In this document: one piece after another, positions 8,765-17,629 of the stretch | Layout of the letters: every line of letters begins with the position of its first letter | Numbering within the stretch: the stretch's first letter is position 1 | Assembly (NCBI GenBank): GCA_043826455.1 | Contig: JBDRQD010000073.1 | Span: forward strand, 1 to 49,377 | Reading direction: 5' to 3' | From: Candidatus Bathyarchaeota archaeon | Lineage (GTDB): Archaea; Thermoproteota; Bathyarchaeia; TCS64 | Length of the DNA: 49,377 nucleotides | Program-made: the position numbers and the translations under genes | Notes under the pieces: generated by a model | The model's input: only the letters and a program-made list of their open reading frames with translations | The model's database searches: none | Told to the model about the DNA's origin: nothing

Positions 8765-9553
8765 TTAATCTTCTTCTATTAACTCGACGACCTTCCTGGC
8801 TGTGGTGAGGTAACCGCTGTGCCCCACCATGAGGGTCTCGGGCCTGGTCTTGTCCGGGGCTACCGTGATCCGGCGCAGGATGAGCTCCACCGTCTCTATC
8901 TCGATGAAGGGGCGGCCGCGTAGCTCCTCCACTGTCTTCATCACCTGCTCTATGGTGGGGCTGAAGCTGAGGAACACGCCGCTACCCGCCAGGGCGTCCC
9001 AGGCGTGGCCCACCACAAGCCAGGGCGTGGCCATGTCCAGGACCACGGCGTCCACGTCGGTCTCGGGGATGCCCTGGGTGATGTCCCCTGCCTTCATATC
9101 CACGTAAGGCATGAGGCCGGCCCTCTCGATGTTGCCTGCGGCTGTCCTCATGTGCTTCTCCACAATCTCATAGGTGTACACCTTGCCCTCGGGGCGGACG
9201 GCCTCGGCCAGCGCCAGGGTGAGGGCGCCGCTCCCCGTGCCGGCCTCCACGACCCTGCTGCCGGAGGACACGCCCAACTGCAGCAGGATGTAGCCGATAT
9301 CCTTGGGGTACAGGACCTGGGTGTGGCGGTCCGTCTTCATGATCCTGTCCCTGATCAATGGCTTCAGCGCGTAGAACCTGACCCCGAGGCTGCTCCTCAC
9401 GGTGACGCCGTAGGGCTGCCCCACGATCTCACCCAGGTTGATGAAGCCCTTGTGGGTGTGGAACTGTTTTCCAGCCTCTACCTTCACCTTGTAGGTCCGC
9501 TTCTTGTCCATGTACAGGAGGAGCTCGTCTCCCTCGGCTATCAGAGTCATCAC
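8765..9553 (-). CDS. trmI: tRNA (adenine-N1)-methyltransferase
   Basis: TQVLYPKD, EAGTGSGAL, LDMATPW and RP...MVGHSGYL motifs. Confidence 0.93.
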   Translation of the reverse strand: MMTLIAEGDELLLYMDKKRTYKVKVEAGKQFHTHKGFINLGEIVGQPYGVTVRSSLGVRFYALKPLIRDRIMKTDRHTQVLYPKDIGYILLQLGVSSGSRVVEAGTGSGALTLALAEAVRPEGKVYTYEIVEKHMRTAAGNIERAGLMPYVDMKAGDITQGIPETDVDAVVLDMATPWLVVGHAWDALAGSGVFLSFSPTIEQVMKTVEELRGRPFIEIETVELILRRITVAPDKTRPETLMVGHSGYLTTARKVVELIEED

Positions 9554-9620
9554 GGCTCAATAGTAGCCCGGGAATAAAATCCCTCCCCTAGGAAGCCACA
9601 GCTTATACAGTGGATGCGCC

Positions 9621-10007
9621 ATGGTTTCACCCATGAAGGATCTGAAGGAATTCAACGAGTTCAGGCGCAGGATGAACGAGCGCATCCTCAGCTGCGGCCA
9701 CCAGGGCCTAAAACGGTTCTGGGCCCTGGACAGCCGTGCTTACGAGGCGGGTGCCCTGGACGAGAAGACCCTGGAGTTCATGGGCCTGACCACCAGCATG
9801 GTGCTCAAGTGCGACGACTGCGTCACCTACCACCTTGTAAGGCTCATCCAGCTGGGGGCCTCCAACGAGGAGCTGTACGAGGCTCTTAACGTGAGCCTCA
9901 TAGTGGGCGGCTCCATAACCATACCCCACATCAGGAGGGCCTTCGAGACCATCGACCAGTGCAGGGAGCTACAGGCGACGGACCCCGAGCTCAAATCCCT
10001 ACTCTGA
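9621..10007 (+). CDS. Carboxymuconolactone decarboxylase / AhpD-like protein
   Basis: GALDEKTLE...LKCDDCVTYH...VGGSITIPH. Confidence 0.88.
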   Translation: MVSPMKDLKEFNEFRRRMNERILSCGHQGLKRFWALDSRAYEAGALDEKTLEFMGLTTSMVLKCDDCVTYHLVRLIQLGASNEELYEALNVSLIVGGSITIPHIRRAFETIDQCRELQATDPELKSLL

Positions 10008-10045
10008 GGACAAGTTTTTTAGAATCAGAGAAAAATAAATCAGCC

Positions 10046-11569
10046 ATGGCTGAGGGGGACGTCCGGCGGAGCTGGCTGAATCCAGCCATGATCTTCGCAG
10101 CTGCCTTACTGGTCCGGGCGTTGATCTGGTTTCTGATACCCGTGGACTGGAACTGGGACAGCTACCACCACTGGCAGATAAGCTACCTCAGCCTCAGGAT
10201 CGGCTTCAGCGGCGGCAGACTATGGGACCTGAACGGCTGCGAGTACATCTGGGGGATGGTGCCCCACCTAGCTGAGGCCGCCCTCATGGGGCTCCTGAAC
10301 ACCAGCTCCATGGCGCCGTACCGGGTCCTCAACGTCCTTCTGGGGGCCGTAAACGCCGTCTTGGTCCAGATGATCGGTGCGCGGTTCTACTCGGTCAGGA
10401 CTGGGCTCCTCGCCGGCCTCCTCTTGGCGGTCTTTCCGGTGGCTGCCGTCTTCGACGTGCTGGCCATGCAGGACACCATGGCCCTGACTCTGCTGCTGGC
10501 GAGCCTCTACCTGATCCGGGACAGGCCTTTCTGGTCGGGCCTGTCGTTGGCTCTGGCGGGCCAGAGCAGGGCCGAGTATCTGGCCGCCGGCTTCATCATA
10601 CTGGCCGGGTACTGCCTGAGGGAGAGGCTGAGCACCGATAGCCTGCCCTACGTCCTTGGCTGGGCCTTGGGGACGGGTGTCTTCTCGTTTCACCTGTTCA
10701 CCCAGACGGGGAACCCCTTCTATCACCTCTACGTTAGCCTCTTCAACGTTTTCGGTGGCTTCGATCCAGGCAACCAGGGGAAATCCTTCGCTTCCCTCGC
10801 CGTGGAGTGGGTTATCTGGAAGCTGTCGGTGTGGCCCACCAAGCCCACAGGGCTGCTCATCCTGTTGGCTGGGGCCACGGCAATCGTAATGGTACCATTT
10901 ATGGCCTGGAGGAGGTGGTTCAGGTACCAGCCCCAACTGTACTTCGTCGCCGTCACCGCTTTCCAGCTGCCCATCTTCATAACCTATCTGGAGTCGGACC
11001 ATGTGCTGCTCCTCATAATGCTCAGGATGGCCACCCCGATTGCTGCTCTGGGATATCCCCTCCTCGTCCACGCCTCAAACATGGTCTTCGTGAACAAGAT
11101 GCATGAGGATGTCCGCATAAGGCCCGAGCACATCCTGCTAGCCGTGTCCATCCTCTCCTTCCTCTACTTCGTGCCCGTCTACCAGGGATTCCAGGCGTAC
11201 GCCGCTGACGCGTTCCTCTCGGGGGACATTGTCGCCGCAGAGTACGGCGGCGGCGTCATCGTGTGCGATCACCCCACCATCAACTACAGACTGGTGAACA
11301 CCGGCGCCGTGGACGTGTTCAACCTTCTCGGTAACCACTACAGCCCAGCATTCTACGGTATAAGCGAACCGTCGGAGTACCTTGCATGGATGAGGGACCG
11401 CCAGGTGTCGATGTGGCTGAGGTACGATTACAGGTCGGACCACGTGTGGGCCGTAATGGAGGCCAACTACCCTGAGGTCCTGGTGTGGGTGGCTGACACG
11501 CCCTGCGCCAGGGTCTACGCCGTGGACAAGGTATTAATCTCGGAGCTCCTGAGCCGTGGAAACACCTAA
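10046..11569 (+). CDS. Multi-pass membrane glycosyltransferase (GT-C / PMT-like)
   Basis: Many TM segments, N-terminal loop DWNWDSYHH, SRAE motif, soluble C-terminal domain; start moved to ATG 10046. Confidence 0.6.
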   Translation: MAEGDVRRSWLNPAMIFAAALLVRALIWFLIPVDWNWDSYHHWQISYLSLRIGFSGGRLWDLNGCEYIWGMVPHLAEAALMGLLNTSSMAPYRVLNVLLGAVNAVLVQMIGARFYSVRTGLLAGLLLAVFPVAAVFDVLAMQDTMALTLLLASLYLIRDRPFWSGLSLALAGQSRAEYLAAGFIILAGYCLRERLSTDSLPYVLGWALGTGVFSFHLFTQTGNPFYHLYVSLFNVFGGFDPGNQGKSFASLAVEWVIWKLSVWPTKPTGLLILLAGATAIVMVPFMAWRRWFRYQPQLYFVAVTAFQLPIFITYLESDHVLLLIMLRMATPIAALGYPLLVHASNMVFVNKMHEDVRIRPEHILLAVSILSFLYFVPVYQGFQAYAADAFLSGDIVAAEYGGGVIVCDHPTINYRLVNTGAVDVFNLLGNHYSPAFYGISEPSEYLAWMRDRQVSMWLRYDYRSDHVWAVMEANYPEVLVWVADTPCARVYAVDKVLISELLSRGNT

Positions 11570-11586
11570 TATACGTTACACGCTCC

Positions 11587-12753
11587 ATGAAGTCTGAGGA
11601 AGGGATGTCCAGGTACGAGAAGCTGGGGGTCAACGTCAAGAAGCCGGGGATAGAACAGTTCAAGGACTCCATAGAAAACCTGCACCCCGGAGCCTTCTGC
11701 GTCATCCAGAGGGACCCCCTGGACCCCGAGATGGGCCTGGTGACCCACACCGACTCGGCGGGCAGCAAACCCATCCAGGCCTACCTCCACTACCGGGAGA
11801 CCGGTGAACCATCCTGGTTCCGGGGCCTGGCCCAGGACGCCCTAGCCATGAACCTCAACGACGTCCTCTGCGTGGGCGCGGACCCCGTGACCTTCGTGGA
11901 CTACGTGGCCTTCAACACCCTGCAGATCGACAGGGTCGGCCTCCTGGGGGCCCTGGCGGAAGGCTTCGCCGGGTGCCTGGACGCCATGAAGAGGGAGGGC
12001 CTGCCCTTCATGTTCGCCGGCGGGGAGACGGCTGACTTACCGGACCTGTTACGCACTCTGGACGTGTGCGTCACCATGGTGGGCCGCGCCAAGCTAAGAG
12101 ACCTGGTCACAGGGAGCAGGGTCGCCCCTGGGGACGTGATCGTGGGTCTCAGGAGCGGAGGAGAGGTCCGGTACGAGAAAGGTGTGAACAGCGGCATCAT
12201 GAGCAATGGACATACTCTGGCCAGGACGTCCCTCATGAGCCCAGACTACCTAGAAAGGTACCCCGAGATATCCCACCCGGCGCGAGGCAGGTACGTGGGA
12301 CGGTTCAAGTACGACGATCGCCTCGACGAGCTGGACTCCACGGTAGGTGAGGCACTGCTCTCACCCACCAGGCTCTTCGCCCCCATAGCCAAGGCCGTGC
12401 TCAGAGAGGTGGGCGCGGATGTCCACGGCATGGTGCACAACACGGGCGGCGGCCAGACCAAGTGCCTCCGCCTAGGCAGCGGCATCCTGTACGTGAAGGA
12501 TGGGCTGCCAGACCCTGACCCGGTGTTCAAGCTGGTGCAGAGGGAGGGCCGGGTGGAGTGGCGCGAGATGTACCAGGACTTCAACATGGGGGTCGGCTTC
12601 GAGTTCATAGTAGACCCGGACATGGTTGACGAAGTGGTGTCTACGGCCTCAGGTTACGGGATAGGTGTGGAAGTTGTAGGACGCTGCGAGCGGTCAAAGA
12701 CCGGGAACAAGCTGAGGATAGTGTCACCCTACGGCGATTTCGGGTACGCCTAG
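11587..12753 (+). CDS. purM: Phosphoribosylformylglycinamidine cyclo-ligase (AIR synthase)
   Basis: YEKLGV, DSAGSK, AMNLND, GGETA, SNGHTLAR, HNTGGG and FNMGVG motifs. Confidence 0.9.
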   Translation: MKSEEGMSRYEKLGVNVKKPGIEQFKDSIENLHPGAFCVIQRDPLDPEMGLVTHTDSAGSKPIQAYLHYRETGEPSWFRGLAQDALAMNLNDVLCVGADPVTFVDYVAFNTLQIDRVGLLGALAEGFAGCLDAMKREGLPFMFAGGETADLPDLLRTLDVCVTMVGRAKLRDLVTGSRVAPGDVIVGLRSGGEVRYEKGVNSGIMSNGHTLARTSLMSPDYLERYPEISHPARGRYVGRFKYDDRLDELDSTVGEALLSPTRLFAPIAKAVLREVGADVHGMVHNTGGGQTKCLRLGSGILYVKDGLPDPDPVFKLVQREGRVEWREMYQDFNMGVGFEFIVDPDMVDEVVSTASGYGIGVEVVGRCERSKTGNKLRIVSPYGDFGYA

Positions 12754-13440
12754 CTACCTCGCTGCCGTCGCCAAGGGTTTCGCTGTTAAGGTATTGCCGC
12801 AGTAGATGCAGTACAGGGTCTGGGGGACCTCGGACTTGCAGTGGGGGCAGGTTACGACGCCGGGGAGGGGCTCCTCCTTTTCCTCCTCGGGGTCGATGCT
12901 GGGCGCCTCATCGAGAATGGTGGGGCTGTCCGCGGCGACGTTCTGGGAACTGTAATCGTATCTCAGGTCGAAGAACTGGTTCTCGGTCTCTCTCCTCAGC
13001 TCCATCTCCTTAGGGCTCGGCTCAGGTGGCGTGGCCTGAGGCTCGGGGGTTGGGCTCGTCGGTGGCTCCACTATGAGCTCATCGATGGTCTCGGTCAGCG
13101 GCTCAATCACGGGCTCGGCGGTTTCCTCCCAGGATGTGATGATTAAGGGCTCCGTCGTTGGTTCGGGTGTGGGCTCAGGCTCCGCTGCTTGAATTATTAT
13201 GGGTTTGAAGAGGGCTTCACTTATCTCGATGGTCTCTGCAGGCTCCGGCTCGGGCTCAACTATCTTTGTGGGCTCCTGTCTCACATTTTTCTCAGGCTCG
13301 TATATTTTCTCAGGAACCTTTGTTTTTATCTCGATGGAGTCTTCTCTTTGCCTCATGTTTACTTTAACGATGAGTGCCATAATCCCCATGCCTATTAGGG
13401 CCGTGAACATTAACACGAGTAGGAGCTCATTATACCACAT
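12754..13440 (-). CDS. Membrane-anchored protein with Pro/Glu-rich linker and C-terminal zinc ribbon
   Basis: N-terminal TM helix, EPEP/PTPEP low-complexity region, CPHC...CIYCG. Confidence 0.75.
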   Translation of the reverse strand: MWYNELLLVLMFTALIGMGIMALIVKVNMRQREDSIEIKTKVPEKIYEPEKNVRQEPTKIVEPEPEPAETIEISEALFKPIIIQAAEPEPTPEPTTEPLIITSWEETAEPVIEPLTETIDELIVEPPTSPTPEPQATPPEPSPKEMELRRETENQFFDLRYDYSSQNVAADSPTILDEAPSIDPEEEKEEPLPGVVTCPHCKSEVPQTLYCIYCGNTLTAKPLATAAR

Positions 13441-13752
13441 ACCCTTACAAGTATGACTTCTTGGAATATATTATTAAAGTAGAGGGAGAGGTGTTCACGG
13501 TATAATATTTTAGTTGTTTAAGTCAACTCTGGCACACTCGACGCATCTTTTCACATCAATTTCCATGATCATTTTCAATGTTTTTTACATTAAAATGTTA
13601 AGATTTCACGGTTTCAGGGGACACCCTGTAATAGACGGGGCGCCTCCGAGTATCATTATTCGGTAAAACGTCGCTTTACCCGTCTTTTATCCAATCAGGA
13701 GTTGAAAACCCGAAAAAAGTTTAAAAACAGGGCCCCGTTTTCGATAATCTAA

Positions 13753-13953
13753 GTGGTTGAGACTTTGGACAAGAGGCAGATAGACTCCTACATCATCCTG
13801 TTTGGGGCCTTCAACTTCTTCTACTGCTACTATAACATCATGAGAGGTGACTGGCTGGGTACAGCCGCGGGCCTGGTGAACTTTCTGGCTCTGATATACT
13901 TCGGGGTCAACATGAAGAACCCTGAGTGGATGAAAAGAGCCGGGCTCGATTGA
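13753..13953 (+). CDS. Small two-TM membrane protein
   Basis: 66 aa, hydrophobic; TATA-like TTTAAAA shortly upstream. Confidence 0.6.
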   Translation: MVETLDKRQIDSYIILFGAFNFFYCYYNIMRGDWLGTAAGLVNFLALIYFGVNMKNPEWMKRAGLD

Positions 13954-13984
13954 AGCCCCATTTAATACAAATTTTAGCCCGGGG

Positions 13985-14194
13985 TTATGTTGGAGTGTTA
14001 CCCTTCATCCTTTCCAGGAGCTCACTGATCTCTATGGATACTTCCTCGTACCTCTCCCGGGCCTCAGGGGACTGGGAGTACATGTACCTGTCCCGCTCCT
14101 CTGAGAGCCGTTTGTACTTGTACTCTAGCCAGAGGCTCTCGGCTTCCATGTGTTTGATCTCTGAGCCACAGTAGGGGCAGGTGCCTTTCTCCAT
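13985..14194 (-). CDS. Small protein with CPxCG knuckle and helical tail
   Basis: MEKGTCPYCGSE..., typical codon usage. Confidence 0.6.
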   Translation of the reverse strand: MEKGTCPYCGSEIKHMEAESLWLEYKYKRLSEERDRYMYSQSPEARERYEEVSIEISELLERMKGNTPT

Positions 14195-14303
14195 GGTGGC
14201 ATTGATGGACGTTCAGGGTTTATGTAGGTGATGGAAAAACGATTTAGATTAATACTAAATAAAAGCGTGCGATGTAGGTCTCCGCGTGGCGGCGCTTCGC
14301 ACG

Positions 14304-14365
14304 TTGGCCTCAGTGTAACTCTGATTCATCACTGTTCAATCTAATGCCTTCACATCATCGGCCAA
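14304..14365 (-). ncRNA. Box C/D methylation-guide sRNA (double guide)
   Basis: Minus strand: UUGGCC g AUGAUGU [GAAGGCAUUAGA] UUGA aca GUGAUGA [AUCAGAGUUACA] CUGA GGCCAA = 6-bp terminal stem, C, D', C' and D boxes, two 12-nt guides. Confidence 0.88.
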
Positions 14366-14413
14366 TGATACCATGCAACGGGTTGACAATAAGTGTGTCG
14401 AAAAAAAGGCGGG

Positions 14414-15010
14414 CTACTCTATCTTGAGCTGGGTGCCCTTGTCGTCCTGCAGCTTCTTGCTGAACACTATCTCCAGGACCCCGTTCCTGTAGGTGCTCCT
14501 CGCCGTGTCCTGGTCCACCTCCGCGGGGAGCTCCAACTCCTTATAGTACTTTCTCTCCGGGTTGTCCACGCTGATGGTTAGCCCGCCCGGGGTGGCGTAG
14601 AGCCATATGTCCTGCTTCTCCACGCCGGGGAGCTCGGCCAGCACCTTGACGCTGCCGTCGTCCTCGATGATGTCCACCAGGGGCTCCCGCTTGTCCTGCA
14701 GTTTAAGGGGGGAGCCGCCCTCCCCGGTGAGGCCCGGCTTCATGTTGCCGAACTCCCTGATGACGGGCTTGCCGTCGGGGCCGATCTTAACGCTGTAACC
14801 GTACACGAAGGGCCCGTACTCCCGCCGAATGGAGCCGTCCGGCTGCCTTATCTCCCTGTACGCGTCGCTGGGCATGGTGTCCTGCATCTCCTTGAAGGTC
14901 TCGGCCATCTCCTTCTCCATCTCCTCCATCATGCGCTCTATGTCGCCGAAGATGCTGCTGCGTCTGCCGAAGCGCTTAAACCACTCGTCCCAGAAGCTCA
15001 ACTTTCTCAC
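14414..15010 (-). CDS. hsp20: Archaeal small heat shock protein Hsp20
   Basis: GPFVYGYSVKIGPDGKPVIREFGN, REPLVDI, AELPGV and YRNGVLEI. Confidence 0.95.
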   Translation of the reverse strand: MRKLSFWDEWFKRFGRRSSIFGDIERMMEEMEKEMAETFKEMQDTMPSDAYREIRQPDGSIRREYGPFVYGYSVKIGPDGKPVIREFGNMKPGLTGEGGSPLKLQDKREPLVDIIEDDGSVKVLAELPGVEKQDIWLYATPGGLTISVDNPERKYYKELELPAEVDQDTARSTYRNGVLEIVFSKKLQDDKGTQLKIE

Positions 15011-15086
15011 CGAGAAACCGTGAACGTGGACCCGATTTAAACCCTACCCTACTCCTTAAGAGCCCCGTTTCCCGATAATACCTGTC

Positions 15087-16247
15087 TTGAACATCCTCGT
15101 CAGCTACAGCGAGATCGCGTTGAAGAGCAGGCCTGTGCGGAGCCGCCTGGAGAAGCAGATGGCTGACCAGATCGGGTTCACCCTTCGGCGAGCCGGGTAC
15201 AGCGGCTTCACAGTCCACAGGCGGTTCGGCAGGATAGTCGTCGAGGACGTGCCCGGCGACGCCGCGGAGCACGTTGCCAAGGTCTTCGGAGCGGTCAGCG
15301 CCATGCCCTCCACCCGGGTGGACTCGGACCTGGAGTCCGTTGTGACGGGAGTGGCTGAGGAGGCCAAGAAGGTCGTGAAGGAGGGGGACGGCTTCGCTGT
15401 GCGCCCCAAGGTGGTGGGTGAGCACGGCTACGGCAGCAGGGATGTGGCTGTGGAGGGCGGCTCCAGGGTGCTGGAGGCCCTCAAAGGCAAGGACGTCCAC
15501 GTGAACCTGGACGCGCCCGACGTCACCATCTACGTGGAGGTCCGGGACAGGGACGCCTACGTCTACTCCAGGATCGTCCCGGGGGTAAAGGGCCTACCCT
15601 ATGGCTCACAGGGGCGAGCCGTGGCCCTGTTCAGCGGGGGCATCGACAGCCCTGTCTCCATGTGGATGATGATGAAGCGGGGCGTGGAGGTCCTGCCCCT
15701 GTTCATGGATCAGAGGCCCTACGTGGGTGAGAGCTACATAGATCGAGCCAAGGCGTGCTTTAGAGCATTGGCCGCCTACGCCCCCGTGGACAGGTTCAGC
15801 CTATACGCAGCGCCCATGGGGCCTGTGATGGAAGGCATACTGGGGTCCCCTGAGCCCAGGTTCACGTGTGTGCTGTGCAAGAGGAGCATGTATAGGATCG
15901 CGGAGGCCTTCGCCGTGGGGCGGGGGGCCAAAGCTCTGGTGACGGGGGAAAGCCTTGGCCAGGTGGCCAGCCAGACCTTGGACAACCTGTACGTGCTGGA
16001 CCACGCCTCATCTATTCCTGTCTTCAGGCCTAACATCGGCTTGGACAAGGTGGACATAGAGGCGAAGGCCAGAGACATTGGAACCTATGAGGTCACGGCG
16101 AAGTCCGTTGAAGGGTGTAAGGCTGTGCCCAGCAAGCCGGCTACTAGGTCCGTCTTGAAGAAGATAGAGGCCTTGGAGCAGGAGCTGGGCCTGATCTCCT
16201 TGTGCAAGGAAGCTGCCGAGAACGTGTTCACACTGGGCGAGGTGTGA
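15087..16247 (+). CDS. thiI: tRNA 4-thiouridine(8) synthase; THUMP + PP-loop, CxxC Fe-S type, no rhodanese domain
   Basis: YSEIALKS, GLPYGSQG, SGGIDS, CVLCKR and TGESLGQVASQT motifs. Confidence 0.95.
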   Translation: MNILVSYSEIALKSRPVRSRLEKQMADQIGFTLRRAGYSGFTVHRRFGRIVVEDVPGDAAEHVAKVFGAVSAMPSTRVDSDLESVVTGVAEEAKKVVKEGDGFAVRPKVVGEHGYGSRDVAVEGGSRVLEALKGKDVHVNLDAPDVTIYVEVRDRDAYVYSRIVPGVKGLPYGSQGRAVALFSGGIDSPVSMWMMMKRGVEVLPLFMDQRPYVGESYIDRAKACFRALAAYAPVDRFSLYAAPMGPVMEGILGSPEPRFTCVLCKRSMYRIAEAFAVGRGAKALVTGESLGQVASQTLDNLYVLDHASSIPVFRPNIGLDKVDIEAKARDIGTYEVTAKSVEGCKAVPSKPATRSVLKKIEALEQELGLISLCKEAAENVFTLGEV

Positions 16248-16297
16248 CCCGGAAAAGGTTAAACCATCCCGCTCCTCACATTGGGCGGAGAAAAGAT

Positions 16298-16561
16298 TTG
16301 TCGTCACTACCCACCGAGGCCTTCCAGGACGCAGAGGAGATAGACTTCGTCGAGGACAAGGAGTACTGGAACGAGTACAAGCTTGCAGACGGCACCACAC
16401 TGAAGGTGAAGCTGGTGCTCCGCGGCGTCAAGCGGCTCAAACGTTACGAGCCCGACGGGTCTCCCATATACGCAATCAACAGCATGAACGTGGTCAGGGC
16501 CGTGGATGTGCCTGAGAAGCTGAAGGCCAAGCCCAAGAAGTCAGATATGGCCCCCATCTAG
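16298..16561 (+). CDS. Conserved-looking small archaeal hypothetical protein
   Basis: TTG start at 16298; EYWNEYKLADGTTLKVKLVL...DGSPIY. Confidence 0.65.
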   Translation: MSSLPTEAFQDAEEIDFVEDKEYWNEYKLADGTTLKVKLVLRGVKRLKRYEPDGSPIYAINSMNVVRAVDVPEKLKAKPKKSDMAPI

Positions 16562-16572
16562 AGGTTTAAGCG

Positions 16573-16989
16573 TTGAGGATAACGCTGGTCGCCCACACCC
16601 CAGACGTGGAGGTCATGGTGGCAGCCAGCATGCTCACCACCACTAGCGGCGCCCAGCCCAGCATCCTCCACGAGAGGCTGCAGGCCAACCCGGAGAAGGT
16701 CAGGGAAGTAGTGGAGCGCCTGGAGGTCCAGCACGGCAACGTCCTGGAGCACAACCGCCTCACATGGGTGGTGGAGGCCACTAGGGACCAGGTCATGGAA
16801 GTAATGCTGGACACCAGGTACCTAACCTTCATCAGGCTCGGGGACGACAGGTGGCTCATGAGCGGCAACCTGAGGACCGTGGCCGAGTACGCTCACCAGA
16901 AGAACACGGAGTTCACCAAGAAGCTTGTAGAGTCGGTGAAGAAGGCCGCGCCCACCATCCACAGCTACATCCGGAGGGGCGCCAAGTGA
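16573..16989 (+). CDS. ThyX-like partial/degenerate domain protein
   Basis: RITLVAHTPD, HGNVLEH and LMSGNLR resemble ThyX segments but RHRx7S is absent; GTGA overlap with the next gene. Confidence 0.6.
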   Translation: MRITLVAHTPDVEVMVAASMLTTTSGAQPSILHERLQANPEKVREVVERLEVQHGNVLEHNRLTWVVEATRDQVMEVMLDTRYLTFIRLGDDRWLMSGNLRTVAEYAHQKNTEFTKKLVESVKKAAPTIHSYIRRGAK

Positions 16990-17582
16990 AGGCCAAGCTA
17001 CTGGCGTACACTCCTCTGAAGCCTCTGAGAGAAGTCTCAGGCGGGCAGGACTGGAGGAGCCTGCTGCCACACCTGGGGTACACCTTCGCCGTGGAGAAGA
17101 TCAGCAGGGCCTGCAGCCACCAACTGGTGCGCCACAGAGTGGCCAGCTTCAGCCAGCAGAGCCATCGGTACATCACGGTGAAGCGGCTCCGCGAGAGGAT
17201 CGTGACGCCGCCAAGCGTGAGGGCCGCCGGAGCCGACGAGTTCAACAAGTTGGTAGGTGAAGTCAGCGGGGCATACCAGAGGCTCGTCGAGCAGGGTGTG
17301 CCCAAGGAGGACGCCAGGTTCATCCTGCCGAACGCCACCGAGACCAGCCTCCTCATGACCATGGACGGCCGCAGCCTGCTCCACTTCTTCGGGCTCCGCT
17401 GCTGCAACCGGGCCCAGTGGGAGATCAGGACCCTGGCCGACAAGATACTGGAGGAGGCGAGAGCCGCAGAGCCCGATGTGTTCAACGTGGCGGGGCCCTA
17501 CTGCTATCAGCTAGGCTACTGCCCCGAAGGCCGGTTCACCTGCGGCAGGATGCAGGAGGCCGTGGACAGGTACCGGCCCTGA
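16986..17582 (+). CDS. thyX: FAD-dependent thymidylate synthase
   Basis: SRACSHQLVRHRVASFSQQSHRY, EDARFILPNA and LRCCNRAQWEIR; GTG start at 16986. Confidence 0.92.
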   Translation: MKAKLLAYTPLKPLREVSGGQDWRSLLPHLGYTFAVEKISRACSHQLVRHRVASFSQQSHRYITVKRLRERIVTPPSVRAAGADEFNKLVGEVSGAYQRLVEQGVPKEDARFILPNATETSLLMTMDGRSLLHFFGLRCCNRAQWEIRTLADKILEEARAAEPDVFNVAGPYCYQLGYCPEGRFTCGRMQEAVDRYRP

Positions 17583-17629
17583 TCCAAGAGTTATATGCTC
17601 ATTGGGCCAAGAAATATCCGTGATTCTAC

